Below are positions 1-14,319 of a stretch of DNA of 24,027 nt, in pieces. Source of the stretch: Macrostomum lignano (lineage: Eukaryota). The position numbers and the translations under genes were made by a program. How positions within the stretch are numbered: position 1 is the first letter of the stretch; every line of letters begins with the position of its first letter. The stretch is from contig NIVC01000395.1 of the NCBI GenBank assembly GCA_002269645.1, forward strand, positions 1 to 24,027, read 5' to 3'. A model generated the notes under the pieces. The model saw only the letters and a program-made list of their open reading frames with translations, was not told where the DNA came from and ran no database searches.

Positions 1-1270
1 GAAAACACGCTTTCCAGCATCCAGTATAATCCCCATGGATCCGTCCCTTCATTAATCTGCTCAGAGACGACGGGCAGCCTAATGACTTGAAATCCCCTGC
101 CAAAACTTCCCGCAGCACAGAGAACCGGATGCAGCTTCTCTGCATTGCTAATTACCAGTTCGATGCCGACTTTCTCTGCCGCATGTCTCCAAGAAATGTT
201 TCAGCTGTCAACCGAGGCCGCCTTTGTTCTGGCAATAAATCTGGCAAAATGACTGATGTGAGGCGGCAATCTGGAGCGCCTTTAGCGGGCAGCTCGCACT
301 TCTCAGACGAGTGCAGCAGATGATGCTGAGCAGTGCCAGAAAAACCCTCAGATTCCCAGAAAAAAAAATAGGTCATTAATCTTCATTCAGCCACTTCCTC
401 GACAGAAGTGGAGAGGAGATTTCTCCCCTAAGTGGCTCGGCCGCTCACTGATAACTATATATGGTACAAAGGAAACCGCATGCGCGCCACAAAGATCTAC
501 TGAACGATTGACCGGGCGGTTCAGCCGTTGCAGCAGCTACTTACATGTAAACCTATAGACCCATCTACATGTAAATAATGCATGTCTGTGCGGGTTCTGT
601 ATTTGCCTGTCACGCGCTAGGGACACTGGAGGACGCTGTCTTTCGACTTCGCAAACCCTTGACAGTAACGGTCCTGAAGATGTCAAATCTTTCAGTTCGG
701 CTTGCTCATTGTTGACAGTTTTACGAAAAATAACTCACGATAAATTCATCTTCTGTGTCTCAACTAAAAATGCTTGCAACTTGGACTTGTCGACTTAAGA
801 CTCAAGACTCCTTTACTCAGAAATTTATTCTCTACTCCTTTATTTTCCTCTTCGTCCGTGCCTATCGCCGCCATCGCTAAAATGGCCAAGTTCATGAATA
901 ACCAATGACCTTCGTGCCGGTGCAGCGGCCGGGATCGGCTGCATGCCGCAGCTGGGCCGCTGAGGGATTCCCGAGCGGCGGGCGACTACTCAACCTCTCC
1001 TCGCCCTCAGCTCAGCCGCATTACGCTGCAGTCCGCATAGATCTACTCAGTCGTTGATGAGCAGAACAGTTTTCTCAAGACTCAAGACCGGAGGCCAGAG
1101 TAGGGGGGGGGACTCTAGGCGGTCATCTGTGACTTTTCCAGCTTGTAGAAAGCAAGACGCTAAGGAATGCAAGAGCGGCTGGGTCCGTCCTGTGCCATTG
1201 AAATTCTTTGCTAAGCAGCTTCTGCACATTTTCAGCAGATCAGTACTTGGTGCTGCACTGCAGAGATACG

Positions 1271-1504
1271 GAGATGATGAGAGGAGCGACAGAGATGATG
1301 AGAGGAGCGACAGAGATGATGAGAGGAGCGACAGAGATGATGAGAGGAGCGCCAGAGATGATGAGAGGAGCGACAGAGATGATGAGAGGAGCGCCAGAGA
1401 TGATGAGAGGAGCGCCAGAGATGATGAGAGGAGCGACAGAGATGATGAGAGGAGCGACAGAGATGGTGAGAGGAGCGACAGAGATGATGAGAGGAGCGAC
1501 AGAC
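1271..1504. repeat. 21-bp minisatellite, ~11 copies of GAGATGATGAGAGGAGCGACA
   Basis: Directly visible. Variants GCCA for GACA (3 copies) and GGTGAG (1 copy). Produces the DDERSDR repeats in the ORF track. Confidence 0.97.
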
Positions 1505-4500
1505 AGCTGAGCAGTTAGGACAGAGACAGCTGAGCAGTTAGGACACAGACAGCTGAGCAGTTAGGACACAGACAGCTAAGCAGTTAGGACACAGACAGCT
1601 GAGCAGTTAGGACACAGACAGCTGAGCAGTTAGGACACAGACAGCTGAGCAGTTAGGACAGAGACAGCTGAGCAGTTAGGACAGAGACAGCTGAGCAGTT
1701 AGGACAGAGACAGCTGAGCAGTTAGGACAGAGACAGCTGAGCAGTTAGGACAGAGACAGCTGAGCAGTTAGGACAGAGACAGCTGAGCAGTTAGGACACA
1801 GACAGCTGAGCAGTTAGGACACAGACAGCTGAGCAGTTAGGACAGAGACAGCTGAGCAGTTAGGACACAGACAGCTGAGCAGTTAGGACAGAGACAGCTG
1901 AGCAGTTAGGACGCAGACAGCTGAGCAGTTAGGACACAGACAGCTGAGCAGTTAGGACACAGACAGTTGAGCAGTTAGGACAGAGACAGCTGAGCAGTTA
2001 GGACAGAGACAGCTGAGCAGTTAGGACAGAGACAGCTGAGCAGTTAGGACAGAGACAGCTGAGCAGTTAGGACACAGACAGCTGAGCAGTTAGGACACAG
2101 ACAGCTGAGCAGTTAGGACAGAGACAGCTGAGCAGTTAGGACACAGACAGCTGAGCAGTTAGGACACAGACAGCTGAGCAGTTAGGACACAGACAGCTGA
2201 GCAGTTAGGACACAGACAGCTGAGCAGTTAGAGCACAGAGACAGCTGAGCAGTTAGGACACAGACATCTGAGCAGTTAGGACACAGACAGCTGAGCAGTT
2301 AGGACAGAGACAGCTGAGCAGTTAGGACACAGACAGCTGAGCAGTTAGGACAGAGACAGCTGAGCAGTTAGGACAGAGACAGCTGAGCAGTTAGGACAGA
2401 GACAGCTGAGCAGTTAGGACAGAGACAGCTGAGCAGTTAGGACACAGACAGCTGAGCAGTTAGGACACAGACAGCTGAGCAGTTAGGACAGAGACAGCTG
2501 AGCAGTTAGGACAGAGACAGCTGAGCAGTTAGGACACAGACAGCTGAGCAGTTAGGACAGAGACAGCTGAGCAGTTAGGACAGAGACAGCTGAGCAGTTA
2601 GGACAGAGACAGCTGAGCAGTTAGGACAGAGACAGCTGAGCAGTTAGGACACAGACAGCTGAGCAGTTAGGACACAGACAGCTGAGCAGTTAGGACACAG
2701 ACAGCTGAGCAGTTAGGACAGAGACAGCTGAGCAGTTAGGACACAGACAGCTGAGCAGTTAGGACACAGACAGCTGAGCAGTTAGGACACAGACAGCTGA
2801 GCAGTTAGAGCACAGAGACAGCTGAGCAGTTAGGACACAGACATCTGAGCAGTTAGGACACAGACAGCTGAGCAGTTAGGACAGAGACAGCTGAGCAGTT
2901 AGGACACAGACAGCTGAGCAGTTAGGACAGAGACAGCTGAGCAGTTAGGACAGAGACAGCTGAGCAGTTAGGACAGAGACAGCTGAGCAGTTAGGACACA
3001 GACAGCTGAGCAGTTAGGACACAGACAGCTGAGCAGTTAGGACAGAGACAGCTGAGCAGTTAGGACACAGACAGCTGAGCAGTTAGGACACAGACAGCTG
3101 AGCAGTTAGGACACAGACAGCTGAGCAGTTAAGGACAGAGACAGCTGAGCAGTTAGGACACAGACAGCTGAGCAGTTAGGACACAGACAGCTGAGCAGTT
3201 AGGACACAGACAGCTGAGCAGTTAGGACACAGACAGCTGAGCAGTTAGGACAGAGACAGCTGAGCAGTTAGGACACAGACAGCTGAGCAGTTAGAGCACA
3301 GAGACAGCTGAGCAGTTAGGACACAGACAGCTGAGCAGTTAGGACACAGACAGCTGAGCAGTTAGAGCACAGAGACAGCTGAGCAGTTAGGACAGAGACA
3401 GCTGAGCAGTTAGGACAGAGACAGCTGAGCAGTTAGGACAGAGACAGCTGAGCAGTTAGGACACAGACAGCTGAGCAGTTAGGACAGAGACAGCTGAGCA
3501 GTTAGGACACAGACAGCTGAGCAGTTAGGACAGAGACAGCTGAGCAGTTAGGACACAGACAGCTGAGCAGTTAGGACACAGACAGCTGAGCAGTTAGAGC
3601 ACAGAGACAGCTGAGCAGTTAGGACAGAGACAGCTGAGCAGTTAGGACAGAGACAGCTGAGCAGTTAGGACACAGACAGCTGAGCAGTTAGGACACAGAC
3701 AGCTGAGCAGTTAGGACAGAGACAGCTGAGCAGTTAGGACAGAGACAGCTGAGCAGTTAGGACAGAGACAGCTGAGCAGTTAGGACAGAGACAGCTGAGC
3801 AGTTAGGACACAGACAGCTGAGCAGTTAGGACACAGACAGCTGAGCAGTTAGGACAGAGACAGCTGAGCAGTTAGGACACAGACAGCTGAGCAGTTAGGA
3901 CAGAGACAGCTGAGCAGTTAGGACACAGACAGCTGAGCAGTTAGGACACAGACAGCTGAGCAGTTAGAGCACAGAGACAGCTGAGCAGTTAGGACACAGA
4001 CATCTGAGCAGTTAGGACACAGACAGCTGAGCAGTTAGGACAGAGACAACTGAGCAGTTAGGACACAGACAGCTGAGCAGTTAGGACACAGACAGCTGAG
4101 CAGTTAGAGCACAGAGACAGCTGAGCAGTTAGGACAGAGACAGCTGAGCAGTTAGGACACAGACATCTGAGCAGTTAGGACACAGACAGCTGAGCAGTTA
4201 GGACAGAGACAGCTGAGCAGTTAGGACACAGACAGCTGAGCAGTTAGGACAGAGACAGCTGAGCAGTTAGGACACAGACAGCTGAGCAGTTAGGACACAG
4301 ACAGCTGAGCAGTTAGAGCACAGAGACAGCTGAGCAGTTAGGACACAGACATCTGAGCAGTTAGGACACAGACAGCTGAGCAGTTAGGACAGAGACAGCT
4401 GAGCAGTTAGGACACAGACAGCTGAGCAGTTAGGACACAGACAGCTGAGCAGTTAGGACACAGACAGCTGAGCAGTTAGGACAGAGACAGCTGAGCAGTT

Positions 4501-5541
4501 AGGACACAGACAGCTGAGCAGTTAGGACACAGACAGCTGAGCAGTTAGACACAGAGACAGCTGAGCAGTTAGGACACAGACAGCTGAGCAGTTAGGACAC
4601 AGACAGCTGAGCAGTTAGGACAGAGACAGCTGAGCAGTTAGGACACAGACAGCTGAGCAGTTAGGACAGAGACAGCTGAGCAGTTAGGACAGAGACAGCT
4701 GAGCAGTTAGGACAGAGACAGCTGAGCAGTTAGGACACAGACAGCTGAGCAGTTAGGACACAGACAGCTGAGCAGTTAGGCACAGAGACAGCTGAGCAGT
4801 TAGGACAGAGACAGCTGAGCAGTTAGGACACAGACAGCTGAGCAGTTAGGACACAGACACAGACAGCTGAGCAGTTAGGACACAGACAGCTGAGCAGTTA
4901 GGACAGAGACAGCTGAGCAGTTAGGACAGAGACAGCTGAGCAGTTAGGACAGAGACAGCTGAGCAGTTAGGACACAGACAGCTGAGCAGTTAGGACACAG
5001 ACAGCTGAGCAGTTAGGACAGAGACAGCTGAGCAGTTAGGACAGAGACAGCTGAGCAGTAGGACACAGACAGCTGAGCAGTTAGGACACAGACAGCTGAG
5101 CAGTTAGAGCACAGTGACAGCTGAGCAGTTAGGACAGAGACAGCTGAGCAGTTAGGACACAGACAGCTGAGCAGTTAGGACACAGACACAGACAGCTGAG
5201 CAGTTAGGACACAGACAGCTGAGCAGTTAGGACAGAGACAGCTGAGCAGTTAGGACAGAGACAGCTGAGCAGTTAGGACAGAGACAGCTGAGCAGTTAGG
5301 ACACAGACAGCTGAGCAGTTAGGACACAGACAGCTGAGCAGTTAGGACAGAGACAGCTGAGCAGTTAGGACAGAGACAGCTGAGCAGTTAGGACAGGGAC
5401 AGCTGAGAAGTTAGGACAGAGACAGCTGAGAAGTTAGGACAGAGACAGAGACAGCTGAGCAGTTAGGACAGAGACAGCTGAGCAGTTAGGACAGGGACAG
5501 CTGAGCAGTAAGGACAGAGACACAGACGACACAGACACAGA
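1498..5541. repeat. 23-bp tandem array, ~175 copies of GACA(C/G)AGACAGCTGAGCAGTTAG
   Basis: Directly visible and highly homogeneous. Two major alleles (GACAC/GACAG), a rare 25-bp GAGCACAGAGAC unit and a rare ACATCTGAG unit; degenerate right edge. Stops occur on both strands and cycle through all frames, so it is non-coding. Confidence 0.99.
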
Positions 5542-6223
5542 CAGGGATTTCCAAGGAAGTTTTTGACAGCCGGGGCCAGACAAAGCCGGCAGGCAAACCA
5601 AATCAGTGGGGAAGGCAGGTTGCAAATCAGGTTACAGCAATCCAGGAGGAGTCCAAAGTGTCCAAAGCATGCCGCGGGACCCGGGCGCCGCTTGAAGTCT
5701 CTAAGAGACTGTCGCTTCACGCCCGGCCGGCCGCGTAAGCGAGCGAGGCAGCTTAAAATAATAAAAAAGCCGGGGGGAAGGGCCGGCGATAATGCTAATA
5801 AGGCGGGCAACCCGTCTTGAATCAAATATGCAGATTCAATTATGGTGGCACCGTCTTTCATTTGCATATTCCACTACTGGGGCCGCCTTCTCCTACACTC
5901 TCTGCTCCCTCCTTTTCTTCTTCTGCCGCTCTTCTTTCTCTTCTCCGCTGCTGCTCATTTTCTGCCCGGCCAATTTCTGTAGCAGCTTTTTCCCTTTTCT
6001 TCCTGTCCGCCGGGGTCCCGGCCCGGGGACCGCTGCTGCCGTTCTTTCAGCTCCAATTTGCCCCGGCCAGCCTCCGCCATCATCTCGCCAGGGAATTCCC
6101 GACTCTTCCCTCGTCGAACTCGTCGCGTGGCTTCCGTTTCGTTTCGTCCGATTTTTTATCCGCTTCGATTTCTTCTGCCTCAGGTCGAGGTGATATTCGG
6201 TTCGGCTGAGAATTGAAACTCTG
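5542..6223. mobile_element. Possible ~680-bp non-autonomous DNA element with imperfect terminal inverted repeats
   Basis: Left end CAGGGATTTCCA; right end reads CAGAGTTTCAA on the minus strand and coincides with the point where LINE similarity stops. No target-site duplication found. Confidence 0.3.
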
Positions 6224-6625
6224 GACCTCCTGCACCGGCTGTGGGCAGTACGACTCGGCGCGGATGAGATGGCCTGCGAGCTGGAGTCGCCGACGGCGCA
6301 GTAGATCGCTTGGACGTGGCAGGCCAGCGCGGCGATAGAGTGCCGCGTTGGTGACTCGCTCGACGCCGATGTTGAAGGCGGCGCGCAGCAGGCCAGCGTG
6401 CGCCGCATCGACTTGCTATTCGAGTGAGTCCGTCAGCGTCCAGGTCTCGGCGTTGTAGAGCAGGACGGTCTCGATTACCTCCTGGAACAGCGCCGCCCTC
6501 TGGCGGTCCGGTAGGGCCTCGGACTGCAGGACTGCCCTCACAGAACAAAAGGCAGCCCAGGCAAGCCCGCGGCGGCGTCGCAGGTCCTCGCGAGAGTCGG
6601 AACCAGACCGCCGAGGTAGACGACG
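6224..6625 (-). mobile_element. Decayed non-LTR retrotransposon fragment (C-terminal RT region, RTE-like clade)
   Basis: Manual translation: YLGGLVP / DSREDLRRRRGLAWAAFCSVRAVLQSEALPDRQRAALFQEVIETVLLYNAETWTLTDSLE*QVDAAHAGLLRAAFNIGVERVTNAALYRRAGLPRPSDLLRRRRLQLAGHLIRAESYCPQPVQEV. This fits the YLG...R...A..AF...LLY..ETW...N..LY...RRL..AGH..R pattern. One frameshift near 6598 and an in-frame TAG at 6418-6416, which is why the ORF track misses it. Confidence 0.85.
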
Positions 6626-6729
6626 CTCACACAGGGTGTACAGCAGCCCTGACTTTCTAATCGTCAGGCATGTGCACTCTCTGCGAGGGCCTTAGAGTTT
6701 GGCCCTCATGCGTGTGAATCCCACGAGCA

Positions 6730-6795
6730 TAACCTAAACTTAACCTAAACTTAACCTAAACTTAACCTAAACTTAACCTAAACTTAACCTAAACT
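6730..6795. repeat. Six perfect copies of the 11-mer TAACCTAAACT, followed by degenerate AACCCTAA-like units to ~6830
   Basis: Directly visible; reverse complement contains TTTAGG. Confidence 0.95.
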
Positions 6796-9700
6796 CTGAC
6801 TCCAACCCTAAACCTGAACAATGACCCTAATAAGCTAAGACATCGGAGCAGTCAATTGTCGTGCTGCCATTTTGGCTTTCTTCTAGGAGAAGCAAAACGG
6901 CGATAAGTACACAGCACTGCTGCGGTAGCGGAATGGAACGGCTAATTTAATAGAAAATAATAGGAAGCCAGGCCAGGACGGGGACTTTTGCCGCTTTCGC
7001 GCCGGTCAGCAGCCCCTGTCAGCTCTCGAGCCGTCAACAGGACTCTCGCTAGCCGCTTCCCCTCTTCCCTTGGCTCTCCCCTTTCTATACTGTTATTTCC
7101 CCTTCTCCTGGCTGAAGTGCTGTGGCTGATAAACAAAATCAGAGAAAATCAACTGCGTCGATTTACAGGGCAATGGGAAGGGGGATCTTCGAAGCCATAG
7201 GGCCGGCTCAGCTACAATAACGCATTAGCAGAGTTGCCTCCGCCCGCGCGTCTCTCCTCTCCGCTGCCTCTCTCTCCCTAGCCCTATTTTTCCATGCGGA
7301 GAGTTTCATCCGGCTTGGGCGGAAAAATCAATCATTTTTGGCAGACCGAGGCGCAGACTTACATATATGCAATATATAGAAGAGAGCTGGGGGGGGGGCC
7401 TCGGCTTCTTGAGTCCTGGAGGTTGGCTGTTGTTGGAAGTCCTCAGGCCAGTCAGGCGGTCAGCTTGCCGTCTCCGGCTGGTAAAAAGAGGATTAATGGC
7501 CCTTGGCCTGGAGGGATTATCCGAGGGGGCAGCAAGCAGGGCAGGCTAGGAATTAAAGCTGGCAAAGCGCTTCGGAACGGCACGAGAGTGGATCCTCGCT
7601 TATCATATCCCTCTCGGAGCAGCTCAGCAGCAGTTGCCGGAGTCCCCCCTTCCGATTTTTACGACTGCTATTCGAATTTTTATTGACAAGTTGTGGCCCA
7701 GCGCCAAAAGTTTATCGCTAATCTCATCATATCTCCGCCGCTTCGCTCGGCTCAGAGGGATTCGTTTCTCTTTGAAGTTTACCACTCGTTTTATTGCTGG
7801 TAGAAGAGAGCTCCGGTTTGACCCTCTGCGATGATTTTCAAACCTTGGAGGACTCTTCACTTCACTTACACTATGAAGATGATCGCTGCAAGTTAAGCAG
7901 AGTTGGTTGTGGTTAGTACACAGAGCGAGTCCGAAGAACTCAAGACTCAGAAGATCAAGGTCTAGAAGAACCAGGCCATTCAGACTCGAAATTTCAACTT
8001 TGGACGATGTTTGCTAACCCAGTGGGTCTGTAAAAGTTAAGCTGAGTTGACCGCGGATAGTACGTAGGGACAAATTAAGCTCAACTCTGCAGTTCTGCTA
8101 TGATAGGGGGAGGCAGCTCCGAACCGTTAGTTTTTCTATTTTGATTGTCTGAGAGATAAAAAGTACAGAAAAAGAATAACAAATCGCAGACGACAAAAAC
8201 TTCAGCAAGCAATGCTCCGTGACGAAAAATGTTGCTAAGATCCACTTTAGCTAAAGGTTAAATATGTATTTTCGGTAGTTGGTGTCTGTCTACACCGCAG
8301 GCGGGCTGCCCGCAGACTGAAGTCAAAAAAGTAATCATACGAACAGCAGGTGAGATTTTGCTCTGCGCCGAACAAAAATAATTGAAGATAACTGCAAAAT
8401 AATTAATCTAAAATCAAAGCCAAGCCAGCCGAGTCTGAGAGGGGGAGTCGGTGCGTCAGGCAGTAGGAAAATAAATGTTACAAATGTCCGCCACAATAAA
8501 TTGCCAGACACTTTTACTCTTAGAAGAGGAAAATTGGAAATTGAGCAAAGTCGGTGAACTAGAAATGTCTTATTGGAGTTCCCCATCTTATTTGATGCTG
8601 AGAGATCGGGATGCGGCTGGGCAGGTGCAGGTGGGCGCAGGTGGGTGCAGGATGGCGGGGTTCAACCGGTTCATGGGGGCTCAGCAGGCGGACAGTCAGC
8701 AAGCAAAATAAATAAAATAGATAGATGGAAACAATCCAGCGGACATAGGGGCGAATTACCAAATAAGCAAAAGGCATGCATGTTATGCGTCAGAGAGACA
8801 AAGAAAGTCTTGGATGAACAAGCCTGTGTGTGTGAGCAAAATATTGGTGGGAGCAGTCAAATTTTACACACTTCTGAAAACTTAAAAACTGATTATTTGT
8901 CAATGAAGGAACGTAGAAATCCACAACATACACACATGGCTAAATCGGTCGAACTGTGGAGCTAGTTGGAAGAGAATAAGAATGACACAATATCTTGAAA
9001 CATATTTCCTAGGCTCAGATTTTATACGCCAACAAAAGCATTTCAATCACGGCACTTCTATACTGAGCGTCGCAGATTTTCAGTGATCAGTGCAACAAAA
9101 AGTTTTCGAACCCGTGACTACGAAGTACTCCCCTCCCCTCTGGAGAAGTGAGAAGCAACGACAGGCAGCCATTTTTGTTTAAGTGTTTTTACCTAGACAA
9201 TTTAATTAACGGCAGGGACTCTGCCAATGGCTCTGCGGGTGCCTCTCAGCCGGTTCAGTACACGGAAACAATGACAGCGGTGAGCACAGAGAGAAAAATA
9301 CAGAAATTCAAATAACAGAGCAGATTTTCGTTGTCAGGTTTTTAGTGGATATGATTTGTGGGCCTGGGGTTGTCAATTAGCGTGGAGGCCTCAGGCGGTT
9401 AGTAGTTACATGGCTACTCACTGTTTACACTTACTGGCAATGCAGAGTCATGGGTGTTAGAGCGAATGTGCTGTCTGTACACAAACACTGAATGTAGAAG
9501 CAAATGTGCAATGTGCATATTGGGACACAGAGTGCAGCAAGCAATCACGCGAAAGCAGTTGTTAATCTGCAGATTTTCTGCTTTTCCTGTGAACTCCTAG
9601 ACACAAAATGGCTCCGCTCCGGCTAGACTGCGCTTCCAAAAATAATGTTGAATAATAAAACCAAAAAGCAGAACAATGGGCCCAGCGATTCTGCGAACAA

Positions 9701-10563
9701 GCAATCTGGATTATCACAATTTGGGAATGAGAAAGCGTGGAGCCTGCAAGTTTAGGACTGGCATCACAGTTATCGATTCTGGCTGGCATGCAATAAATTC
9801 TTTAGATGATCTGCTATGTCGCTTTAGTTCTGTTTCCATCATATTTTGAATATATGTTTGCTATAAATATAGCAGTCCCAGTTATTTGCGAGCAGCACAT
9901 ACACTTAGTAACATGTTAAAGTTTCCAACTCAAGCCATAACTCTCTACTCTATCCTCACCAGCCTAATCTGAGGGCCTTGGGACGCACGTTGCATCACGC
10001 ACACAATTGAGACGAGAACGTGGTGTGAATTGTATGAGAAAAGGTTGGCCACCATGGCTTCGGGTGGAAACTTGAACATGTTGCTAAGTGTACATGGTTT
10101 AAGTAGAAACTGGCGAGATAACAGTAAAGCATACACGTGATGGATTGGGATGCCCAAAAAATAGAGATTAAATCGTCTTCAGACAACGAAAAATAAGCTG
10201 TGACAGTTATGTGCCAGGGGAAGCATTCATATCCGTCACGGTTATCGCTTCCTTCCGTGTTCTAGCATCTGCTGCGCTGTGCAAGTGAAAGTTTGGAATC
10301 ATCATCAGTGTACTTTTGAAGAAGGAAAATAATATATAGAGCAGGGCAACGGGGGCGAGCTGTAGGCGAAAATAAGCTGTAAAAGCTGTAGGCAAATAAG
10401 CGATCGATTCCGTCAATCAAGCCAGTTGGATTGGACGTCGTCGTTTGGGTCTTCCGTGAGACCGTGACAATTTCTTTCATCACAATTAGTCCACGATTTA
10501 TCCGGATCAGAGCTGGGACAGTGGGCAGTGTGGGGTGGAACATCGGGGGACGCTTGGATGCCT

Positions 10564-10890
10564 GAGAGAGACAGGCGCTGCAATTTTCCTAGCCAAATGT
10601 ACATTGTGCGATGTACACTGCAAAACAGTGGCGTGAGGTGGGTGTTTGGTGAGGGGGCGAGAAAGGCTTGTCAATGTACATCCACTAGATGGGTTAGAGG
10701 ATAGTCAGTGAAAAAGGCTCTTTGGGACGTCTTTGAATATCTGAATGTTCAATACGAGCGTAGAGACAGGCAATGTGGCAAAGCCTAAGCCAAATGTACC
10801 TGTAGATTGTTTGATGTACATTGAACAACTTAAGAGTGAGTTGGGTGCTGGTCAGTGATTATGAAGGCTAGTCAATGTACATCCATTTAG
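10564..10890. repeat. Old, diverged tandem duplication with ~200-bp period, 3' of the receptor stop codon
   Basis: Collinear blocks: AGAGACAGG (10567/10762), AGCCAAATGTAC (10591/10788), GATGTACA (10610/10813) and AAGGCT.GTCAATGTACATCCA (~10663/~10864). Confidence 0.75.
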
Positions 10891-11035
10891 TCCCAATCAC
10901 TGACCGAGGAAAATAGGGGTTGACAGCGGTAAGGGGAGGTCAAGCGGGGAGTGAGATTGGGCCACCAATAGCAATCATTTTAAACGACGCGCCTTAGGGG
11001 GGACCGGCAACAAACACGCCTCCGTCTCTTCAGCC

Positions 11036-11298
11036 TCAAACTGCGTGCTCAGCTCCGTTGTTCATGTTGTGCCGCGCCCTCCTGGCCGCCACATCGGAGC
11101 TTCGCCGTCTCTGACGGCCGCCAGTTGAGGCGATACTCTTCCGGTTGCCTGCCAGGCCGTACTGCTCAGCGAACTGCTCAGCTCGCAACCGGTCGTTGAT
11201 TGACTTGCAATGGCAGAGCAAGATGTGCTTGAACGGCGTCCGAAAGTCCCGATTGAACTTGGCGTAGATGATAGGGTTCATGAAGGAATTCACGTAGC
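11036..11298 (-). CDS. htr7: 5-HT7-like receptor, coding exon 3: rest of TM7, helix 8 and C-tail to TGA
   Basis: Acceptor cccgcAG|GC TAC GTG. Encodes (G)YVNSFMNPIIYAKFNRDFRTPFKHILLCHC... with NPxxY, helix 8 and candidate palmitoylation cysteines. Stop at 11038-11036. Confidence 0.92.

Positions 11299-14319
<3,021 letters not shown>

Noticed and set aside
922-962. Nested GC-rich hairpin CAGCGGCC...GGCCGCTG
   Set aside because: Short stems are expected by chance at this GC content and there is no supporting context.
1271-1504. ATGATGAG-N5-CGACA resembles a minimal hammerhead core (CUGAUGAG...CGAAA)
   Set aside because: The invariant C of CUGA and the GAAA are both altered in every copy, and no helices I/III can form.
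1054-1518. 154-aa ORF with DDERSDR repeats (and overlapping ATEMMRG ORF)
   Set aside because: Open only because the 21-bp unit is divisible by 3 and stop-free in two frames; the unique part resembles no known protein.
1498-5541. CRISPR-like appearance of the long array
   Set aside because: Head-to-tail monomers with no unique spacers, no cas genes, eukaryotic context.
5792-6660. Several 120-170 aa ORFs on both strands
   Set aside because: Alternative frames of the LINE fossil and of purine/pyrimidine-skewed sequence; the real RT frame is broken.
7294-10604. Scattered 60-130 aa ORFs between the repeats and the receptor 3' end
   Set aside because: No domains, codon bias or splice-compatible exon chain recognised; a small missed exon cannot be excluded without RNA data.
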